Positions 1 through 12,145 of a stretch of 64,000 bases of DNA are shown in pieces. The DNA lies in the NCBI GenBank assembly GCA_030390025.1, contig CM059432.1:101124001-101188000 (forward strand), in the 5' to 3' direction. This DNA is from Squalus acanthias. Its lineage: Eukaryota. Both the position numbers and the translations under genes were made by a program. The notes below the pieces were generated by a model. That model was not told where the DNA came from. It did no database searches and worked only from the letters and a program-made list of their open reading frames with translations. Position 1 is the stretch's first letter, and the number at the start of each line of letters is the position of its first letter.

Positions 1-369
1 CGCTGATAGTCACCCTGAAACTACAACCAAACAATCTCCAGCACTGCACAAGGTGTGGTCTGGCTCCCCAGTCAATGCCACTTTTAACAAGCCCCATCTC
101 TCTTTGGACTCTGGTTTGGACTTGGGTTCTGTGTGAAGATGACAGTTCAGAACTGGGAGCCTCAATCAGAGCCAATCTTTACTTAGACTTCAAAAGTCAA
201 AACCCTCTGGCACAGACTGACCTGAACCAAACTGAGGGATTGCACAAAGGGCAGTGGGCTCAGAGTTTGGGACACTAGTCACAGGACACGTTGTCCAAAA
301 CTCAGCTCAGCACCAATATTTCTAAACTACTCCCTGGGCTTGGACTCAATAGAGGAGAGTTTTCAATTT

Positions 370-600
370 TCATAGAATTATAGAATTTACAGCACAGGAG
401 GCCATTCGGCCCCCAGTGCCGGTGCCTGTGCTCGCTCCTGTAACCCTATTCCTCCCAGATCCTTTTAAAATCTTCCTTTTCAAATATTTATCGCATTCCC
501 TTTCAAATGATGCTCCAGTCTCAACCTCAATAACCACTTGTGGTGAAGCATCCGATGATCTAATAGCTTTCAGTTCCAGCACCTTCCTTCTACTTTCCTC
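370..600 (-). mobile_element. Decayed CR1 LINE 3' end fragment
   Basis: Begins with catagaattatagaatttacagcacaggaggccattcggccc, the reverse complement of the CR1 3' tail also seen at 1582, 17755 and 58862. Confidence 0.55.
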
Positions 601-917
601 CTTGGCTCTTCCAGAGTGAATCCTCAGTCTTGGTCCCCTTGTTCCCCACTAGTGGAAAAAATCTTTTACTATTTACGCACAGCACAAGGTTTCACTCACC
701 CCTTTACTGGCTGCTCCTCTCGCGACGCTGCTCGCACTCACCATGTTGCTGATCCCGGCTCTGCAGAAAATATTGGTCCCTACGCCCACCCCATTCTTTC
801 CCCCCTGCTCAAGCCTCAATTTCCCGACCTCCATACTTCTTCCCTCTCCCCACCCGAGTCCCAATCCCCCAGTCCCCTTCTGTCCCCAACCCCCATCCCC
901 CTGACCCCCATTCTGCA

Positions 918-1425
918 GTCTCCCTCTCTCTGCCCAACCCCCCCTATTCCCAATACTCCCTCTCTCTGCCCAACCCCCCCTATTCCCAATACTCCCTCTC
1001 TCTGCTCAGCCCCCCCATTCCCCAATCTCCCTCTCTCTGCCCAACACCGCCATTCCCAAATCTCCCTCTCTCTGCCCAACTCCCCCATTCCCAATACTCC
1101 TTCTCTCTGCCCAACCCCCCATTCCCCAATCTCCCTCTCTCTAACCAACACCCCCATTCCCAAATCTCCCTCTCTCTGCCCAACCTCCCCATTCCCCAAT
1201 CTCCCTCTCTCTGCCCAACACCGCCATTCCCAAATCTCCCTCTCTCTGCCCAACTCCCTCATTCCCAATACTCCCTCTCTCTGCCCAACCCCCCATTCCC
1301 CAATCTCCCTCTCTCTAACCAACACCCCCATTCCCAAATCTCCCTCTCTCTGCCCAACCTCCCCATTCCCCAATCTCCCTCTCTCTGCCCAACCCCCCCA
1401 TTCCCCAATCTCCCTCTCTCCTCCC
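918..1425. repeat. C/T-rich minisatellite, ~29-30 bp unit with a 174-bp higher-order repeat
   Basis: Unit like ctccctctctctgcccaaccccccattcccaat. The variant ccaacaccgcc recurs at 1041 and 1215 (174 bp apart), and the ORF translation shows a 58-aa repeat. Confidence 0.9.
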
Positions 1426-1581
1426 ACCCGACTCCCGACTGTTGCCGACACACCAGCTCTTTGGAGTGGTGGGTTGGTGGTCGAGTCGGAGTTTTCGCTA
1501 TGGTGGCTACAGTGATTTAATGGACTAGGGATGGTGGGTGGGTGGGGGAGTTGGGGCACTGCTGCAGCGGGAAATTTAGTG

Positions 1582-2988
1582 TCATAGAGTTATACAGCAC
1601 AGAAAGAGGCCTTTCAGCCCATCGTGTCTAAGCCGGCCACCAAGCCCTGTCTATTCTAATCCCATTTTCCAGCACTTGGTCCATAGCCTTGTATGCTATG
1701 GCGTTTCAAGTGCTCATCTAAATGCTTCTTGAATGTTGTGAGGGTTCCTGCCTCTACCACCCTTTCAGGCAGTGAGTTCCAGATTCCAACCACCCTCTGG
1801 GTGAAAAAGTTTTTCCTCAAATCCCCTCTAAACCTCCTGCCCCTTACCTTGAAACTATGCCCCCTGGTTATTGACTCCACTACTAAGGGGAAAAGTTCCT
1901 TTCTATCTACCCTATCTATGCCCCTCATAATTTTGTACACCTCAATCAGGTCCCCCCTCAGCCTTCTCTGCTCTAAGGAAAACAACCCCAGCCTGTCCAG
2001 TCTCTCTTCATAGCTGAAGCGCTGCAGCCCAGGTAACATCCTGGTGAATCTCCTCTGCACCCTCTCCAATGCAATCACATCCTTCCTAAAGTGTGGCAAC
2101 CAGAACTGCACACAGTATTCCAGCTGTGGCCTAACTAGCGTTTTGTACAGCTCCATCATAACCTCCCTGCTCTTATATTCTATGCCTTGGCTAATGAAGG
2201 CAAGTATCCCATATGCCTTTTTAACCACCTTATCTACCTGTCCTGCTGCCTTCAGAGATCTATGTACATGCACACCAAGGTCCCTCTGATCCTCTGTCCT
2301 TCCTAGGGTCCTACCATTCATTGTGTATTCCCTTGCCTTGTTAGTCCTCCCAAAATGCATCACCTCACACTTTTCAGGGTTAAATTACATTTGCCACTGT
2401 TCTGCCCAGCTGACCAACCTGAGTATATCGTCCTGTAGCCTGAGGCTTCGCTCCTCACTATTTACCACTCCACCAATTTTCGTGTCATCTGCGAACTTTC
2501 TGATCATACCTCCTACATTCATATCTAAATCATTAATGTACACTACAAACAGCAAGGGACCCAGCACCAATCCCTGTGGTACACCACTGGACACAGGCTT
2601 CCAGTCACAAACACAACCTTTGACCATCACCCTCTGCCTCCTGCCACTAAGCCAATTTTGGATCCAATGTGCCAAATTGCCCTGGATCCCATGGGCTCTT
2701 ACCTTCTTGACCAGTCTCCCATGCGGGACTTTGTCAAAAGCCTTACTGAAGTCCATGTAGACCACATCAACTGCACTACCCTCATCCACACACCTAGTCA
2801 CCCCCTCGAAAAATTCAATCAAATTGGTTAGACATGATCTCCCCCTGGCAAAGCCATGCTGACTATCCTTGATTAATCCTTGCCTCTCCAAGTGGAGACT
2901 AATTCTGTCCCTCAGAATTTTTTCCAATAATTTCCCTACCACTGATGTTAGGCTCACTGGCCTGTAATTCCCTGATTTATCCTTACTA
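1582..2988 (-). mobile_element. CR1 LINE, 5'-truncated, RT domain and 3' end; interrupted near its truncated 5' end by a Penelope-like element
   Basis: ORFs 2385-2957 and 1656-2363 are in the same frame, separated by one stop. CR1 RT motifs: QHGF, YMDFSKAFDKVPH, GVPQG, KFADD, LVRPQLEYC, FFTQRVV. Confidence 0.92.
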
Positions 2989-3039
2989 AATTGAGAGGTC
3001 GCACAACACCAGGTTATAGTCCAACAGTTTTATTTGAAA

Positions 3040-3081
3040 TCACAAGCTTTCGGAGCTATCGATTGCTCCTTCCTCAGGTGA
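3040..3081 (-). ncRNA. Minimal type I hammerhead ribozyme in Penelope pLTR (same sense as the element ORF and the host gene)
   Basis: Reverse complement reads TCAC-CTGAGGA-A-GGAGC-AATCGATA-GCTCC-GAAA-GC-TT-GTGA: CUGANGA/GAAA core, stem I TCAC/GTGA, stem II GGAGC/GCTCC, palindromic AAGCTT stem III. Confidence 0.75.
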
Positions 3082-3388
3082 AGTAAATTAGATACAGAAT
3101 CGCCAAAGCATATATAGATAGAGAACAAAGCATGTGTACCTTACAATTGCAGACCACTAAATTAAATCATCCTGACTATCTGCCGAGGTGTGATAAAGTT
3201 AATCAAGTCAGCCAGGAAGGTACCACATCAAAGACATAGCAAGATACAACTGAGACAATGAGGTGTAGTCGCAGGGGTTCTAACGTGTCAAAAGCTGCCG
3301 TCTGTATGTAAAACGAAAAGCTTTAAAATTTTTACTTTTTTACTGGGAATCACATCTGTGAACAAGCCAACGACGACTCGAGTCCGGA

Positions 3389-5332
3389 TCACGTCATGTA
3401 TCGTGACATAAACCCAAGATCCCGGTTGAGACCGTCTTCATGAGTGCGGAACTTGGCTATCAGTTTCTGCTCGATGATTTTGCGTTGTCGTGTGTTTCTA
3501 AGGTTGCCTTGGAGAACGCTTACCCGCAGATCCGAGGCTGAATGTCCTTGACTGCTGAAGTGTTCCCCGACTGGGAGGTAACAATCCTGCCTGGCGATTG
3601 TTGCGCGGTGCTCGTTCATACGTTGTCTCAGTGTCTGCATGGTCTCGCCGATGTACCATGCCGCGGTGCATTCTTTCCTGCAACGTATGAGGTAGACAAC
3701 GTTGGCCGAGTCACATGAGTATGTACCATATACCTGGTGGGTAGTGTCCTCACGTGTGATGGTGGTATCTGTGTTGATGATCTGGCATGTCTTGCAGAGT
3801 TTGCCATGGCAGGGTTGTGTGGTGTCGTTGTCGCTGTTATCCTGAAAGCTGGGTAATTTGCTGCAAACGATGGTACTTCTGAGGTTAGGCGGCTGTTTGA
3901 AGGCAAGTAGTGGAGGCGTGGGGATGGCCTTAGCGAGGTGTTTGTCGTCATCGATGACATGTTGAAGGCTGCGAAGAACATGGCGTAGTTTCTCCGCTCC
4001 GGGGAAGTACTGGACGACGTAGGGTACCCTGTTGGTTGTGTCCCGTGTTTGCCTTCTGAGGAGGTCTATGCGATTTTTCGCTGTGGCCCGTCGGAACTGT
4101 CGATCGATGAGTCGAGCGTCATATCCCGTTCTTACGAGGGCGTTTTTCAGCGTCCGTAGGTGTCCATCGCGTTCCTCCTCGTCTGAGCAGATCCTGTGTA
4201 TTCGCAGGGCTTGTCCATAGGGGTGGCTTCTTTAACATGGTTAGGGTGGAAGCTGGAGAAGTGGAGCATCGTGCGGTTGTCCGTGGGCTTGCGGTACAGT
4301 AAAGTGCTGAGGTGTCAGTCTTTGATGGAGATTCGTGTGTCCAGGAATGAGACCGATTCTGAGGAGTAGTCCATGGTGAGTTTGATGGTGGGATGGAACT
4401 TGTTTATGTTATCGTGTAGTCTTTTCAGTGATCCTTCGCCATGGGTCCAAAGGAAGAAAATGTCGTCGATGTATCTGGTGTACAGCGTTGGCTGGAGGTC
4501 CTGTGCAGCGAAGAAGTCTTGCTCGAACTTGTGCATGAAGATGTTGGCGTATTGGGGTGCGAATTTGGTCCCCATGGCTGTTCCGTGTGTTTGGGTAAAA
4601 AAATGGTTGTCGAAGGTGAAGACATTGTGGTCAAGGATGAAGCGGATGAGTTGTAGGATGGCGTCTGGAGATTGGCTGTTGTTGATGTTGAGTACTGAGG
4701 CTGTTGCAGCGATGCCGTCATCGTGGGGGATACTGGTGTAGAGTGCCGATACGTCCATCGTGGCAAGGAGTGTTCCTGGTTCAACTGGTCCGTGGGTGCT
4801 GAGTTTCTGTAAGAAGTCTGTAGTGTCGCGACAGAAGCTGGAGGTTCCCTGTACGATGGGTTTCAGAATGCCCTCGACGTATCCAGAGAGGTTCTCACAC
4901 AGGGTTCCATTGCCTGATACGATAGGACGTCCGGGTGTGTTGGCTTTGTGTATCTTTGGGAGGCAGTAGAAGTCTCCCACGCGGGGAGTACGTGGGATGA
5001 GAGCGCGTAGGATGTTTTGAAGGTCTGGATCGAAGGTCTTGATCAGTCTATTGAGTTGGCGGGTGTGTTCTTTGGTCGGATCTGCGGGTAGCTGTCTGTA
5101 GTGTTCCTGGTTGTCCAGTTGTCGGTATGCTTCTTTACAATAGTCCGTTCTGTTCTGTATGACGATGGCTCCTCCTTTGTCCGCTGGTTTGATGACAATG
5201 TTGCGGTTGGTCTTGAGAGCGTGGATGGCGTTGCGTTGTGCTCGGGTGACATTCTGGACTGTCTTGTGAGTGCGGCTGATGCATCTCCTGACAGCTTGAG
5301 CATACATGTCAAGCTTGGGGCAGCGACCCTCC
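3389..5332 (-). pseudogene. Penelope-like RT-GIY-YIG endonuclease ORF, disrupted
   Basis: RT motifs KPADKGG, LPKIHK, GRPIVS, MDVSALYTSI, GTAMG, YIDD. In-frame TGA at ~4315 (KD*HLSTLLYRKPTD) and an apparent 1-nt frameshift near 4222. C-terminal VVYLIRC...WYIGET...RMNEH...GLN is a GIY-YIG nuclease. Confidence 0.9.
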
Positions 5333-5594
5333 GTAAAAAAGTAAAAATTTTAAAGCTTTTCGTTTTACATACAGACGGCAGCTTTTGACACGTTAGAACC
5401 CCTGCGACTACACCTCATTGTCTCAGTTGTATCTTGCTATGTCTTTGATGTGGTACCTTCCTGGCTGACTTGATTAACTTTATCACACCTCGGCAGATAG
5501 TCAGGATGATTTAATTTAGTGGTCTGCAATTGTAAGGTACACATGCTTTGTTCTCTATCTATGTATGCTTTGGCGATTCTGTATCTAATTTACT

Positions 5595-5636
5595 TCACCT
5601 GAGGAAGGAGCAATCGATAGCTCCGAAAGCTTGTGA
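5595..5636 (+). ncRNA. Minimal hammerhead ribozyme in the inverted Penelope pLTR copy
   Basis: tcac-ctgagga-a-ggagc-aatcgata-gctcc-gaaa-gc-tt-gtga. Confidence 0.75.
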
Positions 5637-5740
5637 TTTCAAATAAAACTGTTGGACTATAACCTGGTGTTGTGCGACCTCTCAATTTTGTCCACCCCAG
5701 TCCAACACCGGCATCTCCGCATCATTATCCTTACTACCCT

Positions 5741-5872
5741 AGGTAGGGTTGCCAGAAGGGGGCATGGATCTTCCAAGTGCTGCTGCTAGCAGTACAATTA
5801 AAGCGCAAAGATTTCTTGCACTGCTAGCAGCAGCACCCGGAAGATCCATGCCCCCTTCCGATAACCCTACCT
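5741..5872. repeat. ~130-bp foldback (MITE-like) element
   Basis: aggtagggttgccagaagggggcatggatcttcc...gctgctgctagcagt is mirrored by actgctagcagcagc...ggaagatccatgcccccttc...aaccctacct. TAGGGTTGCCA resembles hAT ends, but no TSD was found. Confidence 0.6.
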
Positions 5873-6555
5873 TATTTACTCTATCAAAACCCCTCATAAA
5901 TTTGAACACCTATATTAAATCTCCCCTTAATCTTCTTTGTTCTCAGGAGCACAATCCCAGTTTCTCTAGTCTCTCCACGTAACTGAAGTCCCACAACCCT
6001 GCCACCACTCTAGTCATTTCCTCTGCAATCTCTCTAAGGCCTTGACATCCTTCCTAAAGTTTGATATCCAGAATTGGACACGATACTCCAGATGAGGCCT
6101 ATCCAGTGATTTATAAAGTTTTAGCTTAACTTTCTTGCTTCTGTAATCTATGCCGCTATATAAAATGAAGGATTATAAAAGCTTTTTTTTTTTTTTAAAC
6201 AGCTTTATCAACTTGTCCTGCCACCTTCAAAGATTTGTGTACGTACACCCCCAGATCTCTCTGTTCCTGAACCCTCTTTAAAATTGTACCACTTAGTTTA
6301 TGTTGCTTTTCCTCATTCTTCCTACCAAAATGCATCACTTCACATGTCTTTGCATAAAATTTGATCTGCCACACGTTTGCCCATTTTACTAGTCTGTCTA
6401 TGTCCTCAAGTATCTGCTACTATCCTCCTCGCTGTTTACTCCATTTCCACGCTTTGTGTAATGTGCAGATTTTTGAAATTGTCCCCTATACCCAAGTTCA
6501 GGTCATGAATATATATCAAAAAGAGCAGTGGACCTAATACTGATCCCTGGGGAAC
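5873..6555 (-). mobile_element. Decayed CR1 LINE RT fragment
   Basis: Collinear similarity to the CR1 at 1900-2590 (e.g. ccaaaatgcatcac, gcagtggacctaatactgatccctggggaacac). Confidence 0.75.
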
Positions 6556-7217
6556 ACATACCGTTTGTGGCTCCTTCACTGAAGGAGAAACTTTGTACCC
6601 TTCAAATGAGAGCTGAGAAAGCTAAATAGATTAACACATAATTAGGTACAAACCGAAGAAAAAGATGCAAGTAACTGAGTGCTGCATTATACTTTTTCTC
6701 CCTTGCCAGTTTTCTCCAACTTCCTCCTTTCCTAAAGGCATTGACTCCTTGCTGGATTGTGGTTCCATGGGCACTGGCCCAAGGGGCTTAGGCATTGGCA
6801 CCTGGAATTTCCACAGGGGGTTCTCTGGATCGTCCTGGGCCGAATCACAGTGTAAATGCCTGAAGTTACGGCGGAAAAATTGGGCGAAGCCGTACAGAAA
6901 TTCTACCCCAGAATGTTGACAGCTGTTCAACTGTCAAGCTCAGTCCTGTTCTCACCTGATAGCACACAGCTCACGAGAAAGCACTCACATGGGAAGTCTG
7001 AATGGCATTTTTTCTCCCTATTCCAGGGACACCAAAGACAATTCTAGTGCCCTTAACACCATCCTGGCTGAGATGAACTAACTTTGCACAGACCGGGGAC
7101 TGAACTAGTGACCTTCCTTGCATGTTTCATTTATCCACTGGACAAACTTACTGAGCCATTGGGCAACCTGCACTACATTTTTCAAATTACACTGCGGTGA
7201 CAAGAGAAATGCACCTT

Positions 7218-7990
7218 AACAACAACAACTTGCATTTATATAGCGCCTTTAACATAGCAAAACATACCAGGGCACTTCACAGGAACATTATCAAACAAAA
7301 TCTGACACCAAGCCACATAAGGTGATATAAGGGCAGATGCTTGGTCAAAGAGGTAGGTTTTAAGGAGCCTCTTAAAGGAGGAAAAAGAGAGGTAGAGAGG
7401 CGGAGAAGTTTAAGGAGGAAATTTGAGAGCTTAGGGCCTTGGCAGCTGAAGGCACGGCCGTCAATTGTGGAGCAATTAAAATCGGGGATGCACAAAAGGC
7501 CAGAATTGGAGGAGCGCTGATATCTCGGAGGTTTGTAGGACTGGAGGATGTTACAGAGATAGGGAGGGGCGAGGTCATGGAGGGATTTGAACACAAAGAT
7601 GAGAATTTTAAAACTGAGGCTTTGCCGGATCGGAAGCCAATGTAGGTCAGCAATCACAAGGGTGATACGTGAACGGGACTTGGTGTTAGTTAGGACACGG
7701 GCAGGAGACTTTTGGATGAGCTCAAGATTATGGAGGGTGGAAGATGGGAGGCCGGCCAGAAGTGCCTTGGAACAGTCAAGTCTAGAGGTAACAAAGGCAT
7801 GGATGAGGGTTTCAGCAACAGATGAGCTGAGGCAGGGGTGGAGGCAGGCGATGTTACAGAGGTGGAAGGAGGCGGTCTTAGATATGGCGCGGATATGTGA
7901 TCGAAGCTCATCTCAGGTGAAATACGACACCAAGGTTGCGAACAGTCTGGTTCAGCCTCAGACAATTGCCAGGGAGAAGGATGGAGTCAA
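7218..7990 (-). mobile_element. L2-type LINE 3' fragment
   Basis: ORF 7277-7657 has L2 C-terminal motifs (LHWLPI..FKIL..LAPPYL..RAFS). 3' tail aaaggcgctatataaatgcaag(ttg)n on the minus strand. Confidence 0.8.
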
Positions 7991-8568
7991 CACAAGTATT
8001 ACTGCAAATATTTAGACCTTTTACATTCACACTGTACTGGTGCAATGTGAAGTGCTTGATTTCAAGTCACCTTAGTCTGGAAGCATATCAACCTTCATTG
8101 ACAATTTTAGTTATGCCAAGATATTTCAAGCAAAACAGTTTCCCATTAAAAATAAACATTAATTACAGTTCCATGCTGTCTCCTGTACTCTGGCTACTGA
8201 AGTGGGTATTCATGCACATGTAGTGATTGTCAGTGCAAACACATTGCTCCCTAAGCCTCATGCAAAATAAACATGCATGAATGGTTTAAAAGGTCAGACC
8301 TGATTTCTCTCATAGATTTTGATGTGCACCTTTTTAATAGCGGCTTTCCCCATTCTGGCTCCAAAAAAATTAAGTCACTTTCAGTGCCGACGATAAGAAC
8401 AGTAAGGATACCCATGCACACGGTCACAAAGCTGTATCCATCACAATGACTAGCAACAAAACATCAAACAAGGATAAAGCACAGAAAACGCATACAGAGA
8501 ACACATCACAAATGACACAGACTCATTTCACTATTCCTCTAGAAAAGATAACAAAAAGGTAGACTCAC

Positions 8569-8646
8569 AGATAGAAAACTTGTTGCTGTTGTCTTTCCCT
8601 GGGAACAATTTAACTCCTCTAGATTTAAAATCTATGGACTTTTTCA
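8569..8646 (-). CDS. CSMD3: CSMD3-like coding exon (78 bp, phase 1-1), linker after the second CUB domain
   Basis: tttttctaaatag|TGAAAAAGTCC...TCTATCT|gtgagt encodes (V)KKSIDFKSRGVKLFPGKDNSNKFSI. This matches, from memory, the CSMD3 linker VKKAIDFKSRGFKLFPGKDNSNKFSI. Confidence 0.9.
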
Positions 8647-10379
8647 CTATTTAGAAAAACAAACAAAAATACACATCAGAAGAAACAATTTAAAATAAAA
8701 CTATTTTCCTTTTAAAAGAATGTCATTATTTAATACGCTGCAGTGTTGATGTGATGCAGTTCATTGCAAGAAATAAAGATATGCTGTAATTCACAACTAG
8801 CATAATGCTTATTAAATAAAAAATATCCCCAAATAAAGATAACTTCAATGAAAAGAAGGTTGCTTGGTTTTTCTTCAGTGTATTTATCATGTGAGATGAC
8901 AAGCTCAAGGAGCAATTTTGATCCTCAAGTGATCTCAAATATACAGTATATTGTGGTACTCGCTTTGTGAATGTAAATCCTGAGAGGAGATTATCCAGTT
9001 ATCACAGAACAGGATAGTTTAAAAGTGTAAAGATAAAAACAGATACACAAGTGTATTTGTCCAGTTCATTTTATGTGAAGCAAGAAGTATTCTGTGCATA
9101 CATGTTTTATTCAACTTCATTAGCCTATTGCACACAAGTTTTGTCTACACTCTCCGATAGAAAATGCATATTTTGAAAGCTGCCAAATGCACTCGGTAGT
9201 TTATAGGTTCATTTCACAGTATTAAAGAAAAAAATCTAATCTTCGAGGGATGTTTGGATTGCTATATCGATAATCAACACAATGAGATTTAAAAAGTACA
9301 CAAGGTGGCAATATCCGAGAAAATTATTCGACAAGTTTGTATTTTCAAAAATATTATATTCAGCATTATTGCTGTGCTTGATCGTCATGAGCACAATGAT
9401 ACATTCCTTGATAACATTTCAGGGTTTTTTCTTGCAATTGCTTTGTGTTTCAGATCATTTGCACCATTTGCTTAGGACCATACATTATTTATATTGGTTG
9501 TGTAAAGAAGCCAGCTTTAGAAGTTTGGTGGCATATCATGTTGATAGAGTAATGTGCTGTGACTTGGAGCAGTAGAGATGGTTTTACAATTACAGTTCCC
9601 CACATAGCGTGCTCCTGACGTTGGCTATCCTGTTGGGGAGAAGCACCATGTGAGAGTCAGCCATTCCCTGCAGGGAGGGAGAAGAAACTGATGGGTGAAT
9701 TATCCTGAATTACTCACATGATTTTCCTGAAGGTCAGCTGCAAAAATTGCACAGAGACTTCAGATCAAGTCATTTACCTGCTCGCTTGGTCAGAGAAAGA
9801 TGCATTGTGTGAGAAACCACTACAATTAAAAGGTCAGCTTCATCCCTTTTCCTATGTTCTTATGGTATATATACAGGATTCATTTAACTGTTCCTTTATG
9901 AAATACTTACATGACTAAAGATTTATATTTTGCTCAGTTATATAAAAAAAAATCATTGTGAAACTTCTCAAAAGTTTGGAACAAAAGAAAATATTCTTAA
10001 TGCCTGAGCGGTGAATTATTACAACTGTAGTTATAAAAAGATAACACACAATTTACTATGATCTTAACCGCAGTTTTGGTTTTCATACGAATATGTTCAA
10101 AAGTCATATTAAACGTACTTAAAACAAAAATTATGGGGAAAAAGCAGAATATGTATGTTAATTATTTGATTGCTTAATGAAAGAACGGTATAGTTCATAT
10201 GAAAACTATGTAATGTAAATAATAATTTTCAAGTGATAATATATCACATTAAAGCACATCAAATTGAATGTGAAAGCAGAATCAATACCAAATTAGATAA
10301 GATTCTTAATTTACAAGGCTTGTGGATTGAAGTAGTGTAATAGTCGAATAATCAAATTAACCAGTTGTACTTGCGAGAG

Positions 10380-10500
10380 TGAAGGGTCCACATCTAAATG
10401 ACTTGTCACCTCTCTCCACAGATGCTGCCTGATGTGCTCCGTGTGTCCAGCATTTACTGTTTTTGATTCAGATTTTCAGTATCTGCAATGCTTTACTTTT
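10380..10500 (+). mobile_element. Decayed short Penelope-type pLTR fragment (second family)
   Basis: tctctccacagatgctgcctga...ccagcattt(a)ctgtttt motif shared with 41270-41370 and 49491-49590. Confidence 0.6.
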
Positions 10501-11619
10501 TGTTCACACTTGGGAGAGTCACTGGTTAGATTGGATTGCTCAGTCAGATAACTCTCAAAGAACCTTTTTTGCCCTGAAGGGGAGAGGAGAAGTGACTAAA
10601 ACCATCTCAGCCAACAACAGACCTGATGGCTGGGAATACTGGTACTGGTGTGGAGCTCTGCAGAGTTCATTGTTCAGTCACAATCCTCCAAGATTAAAAA
10701 GGGCATATGGCACATGAAGAAGACCACTGAAGGGAAGTTAATTAGTTTGAGTAAATGAAATGCTAAAAAGAATATAAAAGTCCAAACTTTAGAAGTCATT
10801 CAGAAAATATTTTACATTAGGTAAATTATATAATGTTCCACCTTACAGCAACCAAGGATTTTATAGAACCTTTAAAACTGGAAAAAAGAGTTATTTGGGG
10901 GTGAAACTGGTCTTCGCAAGTTGTTCAAAATGGGCTTATGGCGAATTGGCAGCCCGTTTTACACCCTGCCCGATTTTATATTCCATTGAAGTCAATAGAA
11001 AAGAAAATTGGGTGGGTTGTAAAACAGGTTACCCATTTGCTATCGCCCGTTTGGTGCTACCAGCCAAGACCCCCATAATATCAAGTTTCCTCAGAGGGCT
11101 ATTTGAATTTCTTATACTCTCCCGAGTAAGCGGGTACTTCTGAAGCTGCATTAATAGTAGCAAAATATTCAACTGTAACCAAGCCACAGCTTTCTGAGTT
11201 TAAATAATCCCAACCTGTTGGATTTTGGACATAAGCGGTGTTCAGTTTCATTGTAACCTGCTCAAGTGTAATAAGAGCCACAGCAGATACAATGCGAAAA
11301 CAATTTCAATGCTATTGTTAGGTTATAAACTGTGCAATATAAATGAGGAATCCTGCACATTGATGCAGTCAGTTTCTCAGTGTGAATGGTTTTACAGTAA
11401 TATAGATTTGGATGATAAAACCCATTTGACCTAATCCTTCTAGAAAACCAACTTTACTGTCTTTCCATCAACATATCTAGCTCTTTCTTAAATGACTCCA
11501 GTTTCCTGGGGTCAACAACCCTTCCTGGCAGAAGGATTGATTTGCCACATGCAATGAATTTGGTGATATTTATGCTGGTATAAACTGTGATACAGATCTA
11601 ACAGGGCTATAAAACTCAA

Positions 11620-12145
11620 ACTGGTGGTACAGACTGGTCTCCATACTACAAAAAGGATATAGGAGCACTGGAGAAAGTGCAAAAAAGATTTACAAGGATG
11701 ATACCAGAACTGAAAGGGTACAACTATCAGGAAGGACTGAACAGACTGGGGCTCCTTTCTCTAGAAAAGAGTGACTGAGATGTGACCCAATAGAGGGCTT
11801 CAATAGGGTAGACACTTAGATGATGTTTCCACTTGTGGGGAAGTCCTAAACTAGGGGTCATAAATATAATATAGTCACTAATAAAGCCAATAAGGAATTC
11901 AGGAGAAATGTCTTTACTCAGAGAATAGTGAGAATATAGAACTTGTTGCTCAATGGAGTGGTTGAGGTGAATAATATAGATGCATTTAAGGGGAAGCTAG
12001 ATAAGCACGAGGAAGAAAGGAATAGAAGGATATGGTGTTGGGGTGAGATGAAATAAGATGGGAGGAGGCTCATGTGGCACATAAACACCGGCATAGACCT
12101 GTTGGGTCAAATGGCTTGTTTCTGTCTGTAAATTCTATGTAAGAA
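11620..12145 (+). mobile_element. Decayed CR1 LINE 3' fragment
   Basis: CR1 C-terminal coding remnant (ctggtctccatac...gtgcaaaaaagatttacaaggatgatacc...tttactcagaga) ending in a CR1 tail (aaatggcttgtttctgt...ttctatgt). Confidence 0.75.

Larger units (their letters stand above)
2989..5724 (-). mobile_element. Penelope-like element (RT + GIY-YIG), 5'-truncated, flanked by inverted pLTRs
   Basis: 356-bp inverted repeats at 2988-3343 and 5333-5688, plus a 36-nt one-sided extension at 5689-5724. 12-bp TSD ttatccttacta at 2977-2988 and 5725-5736. PLE-type RT and GIY-YIG coding sequence inside. Confidence 0.93.

Noticed and set aside
616..1559. Long ORFs of 299 aa (+) and 247 aa (-)
   Set aside because: They are translations of the stop-free minisatellite, with no domain content or splice context.
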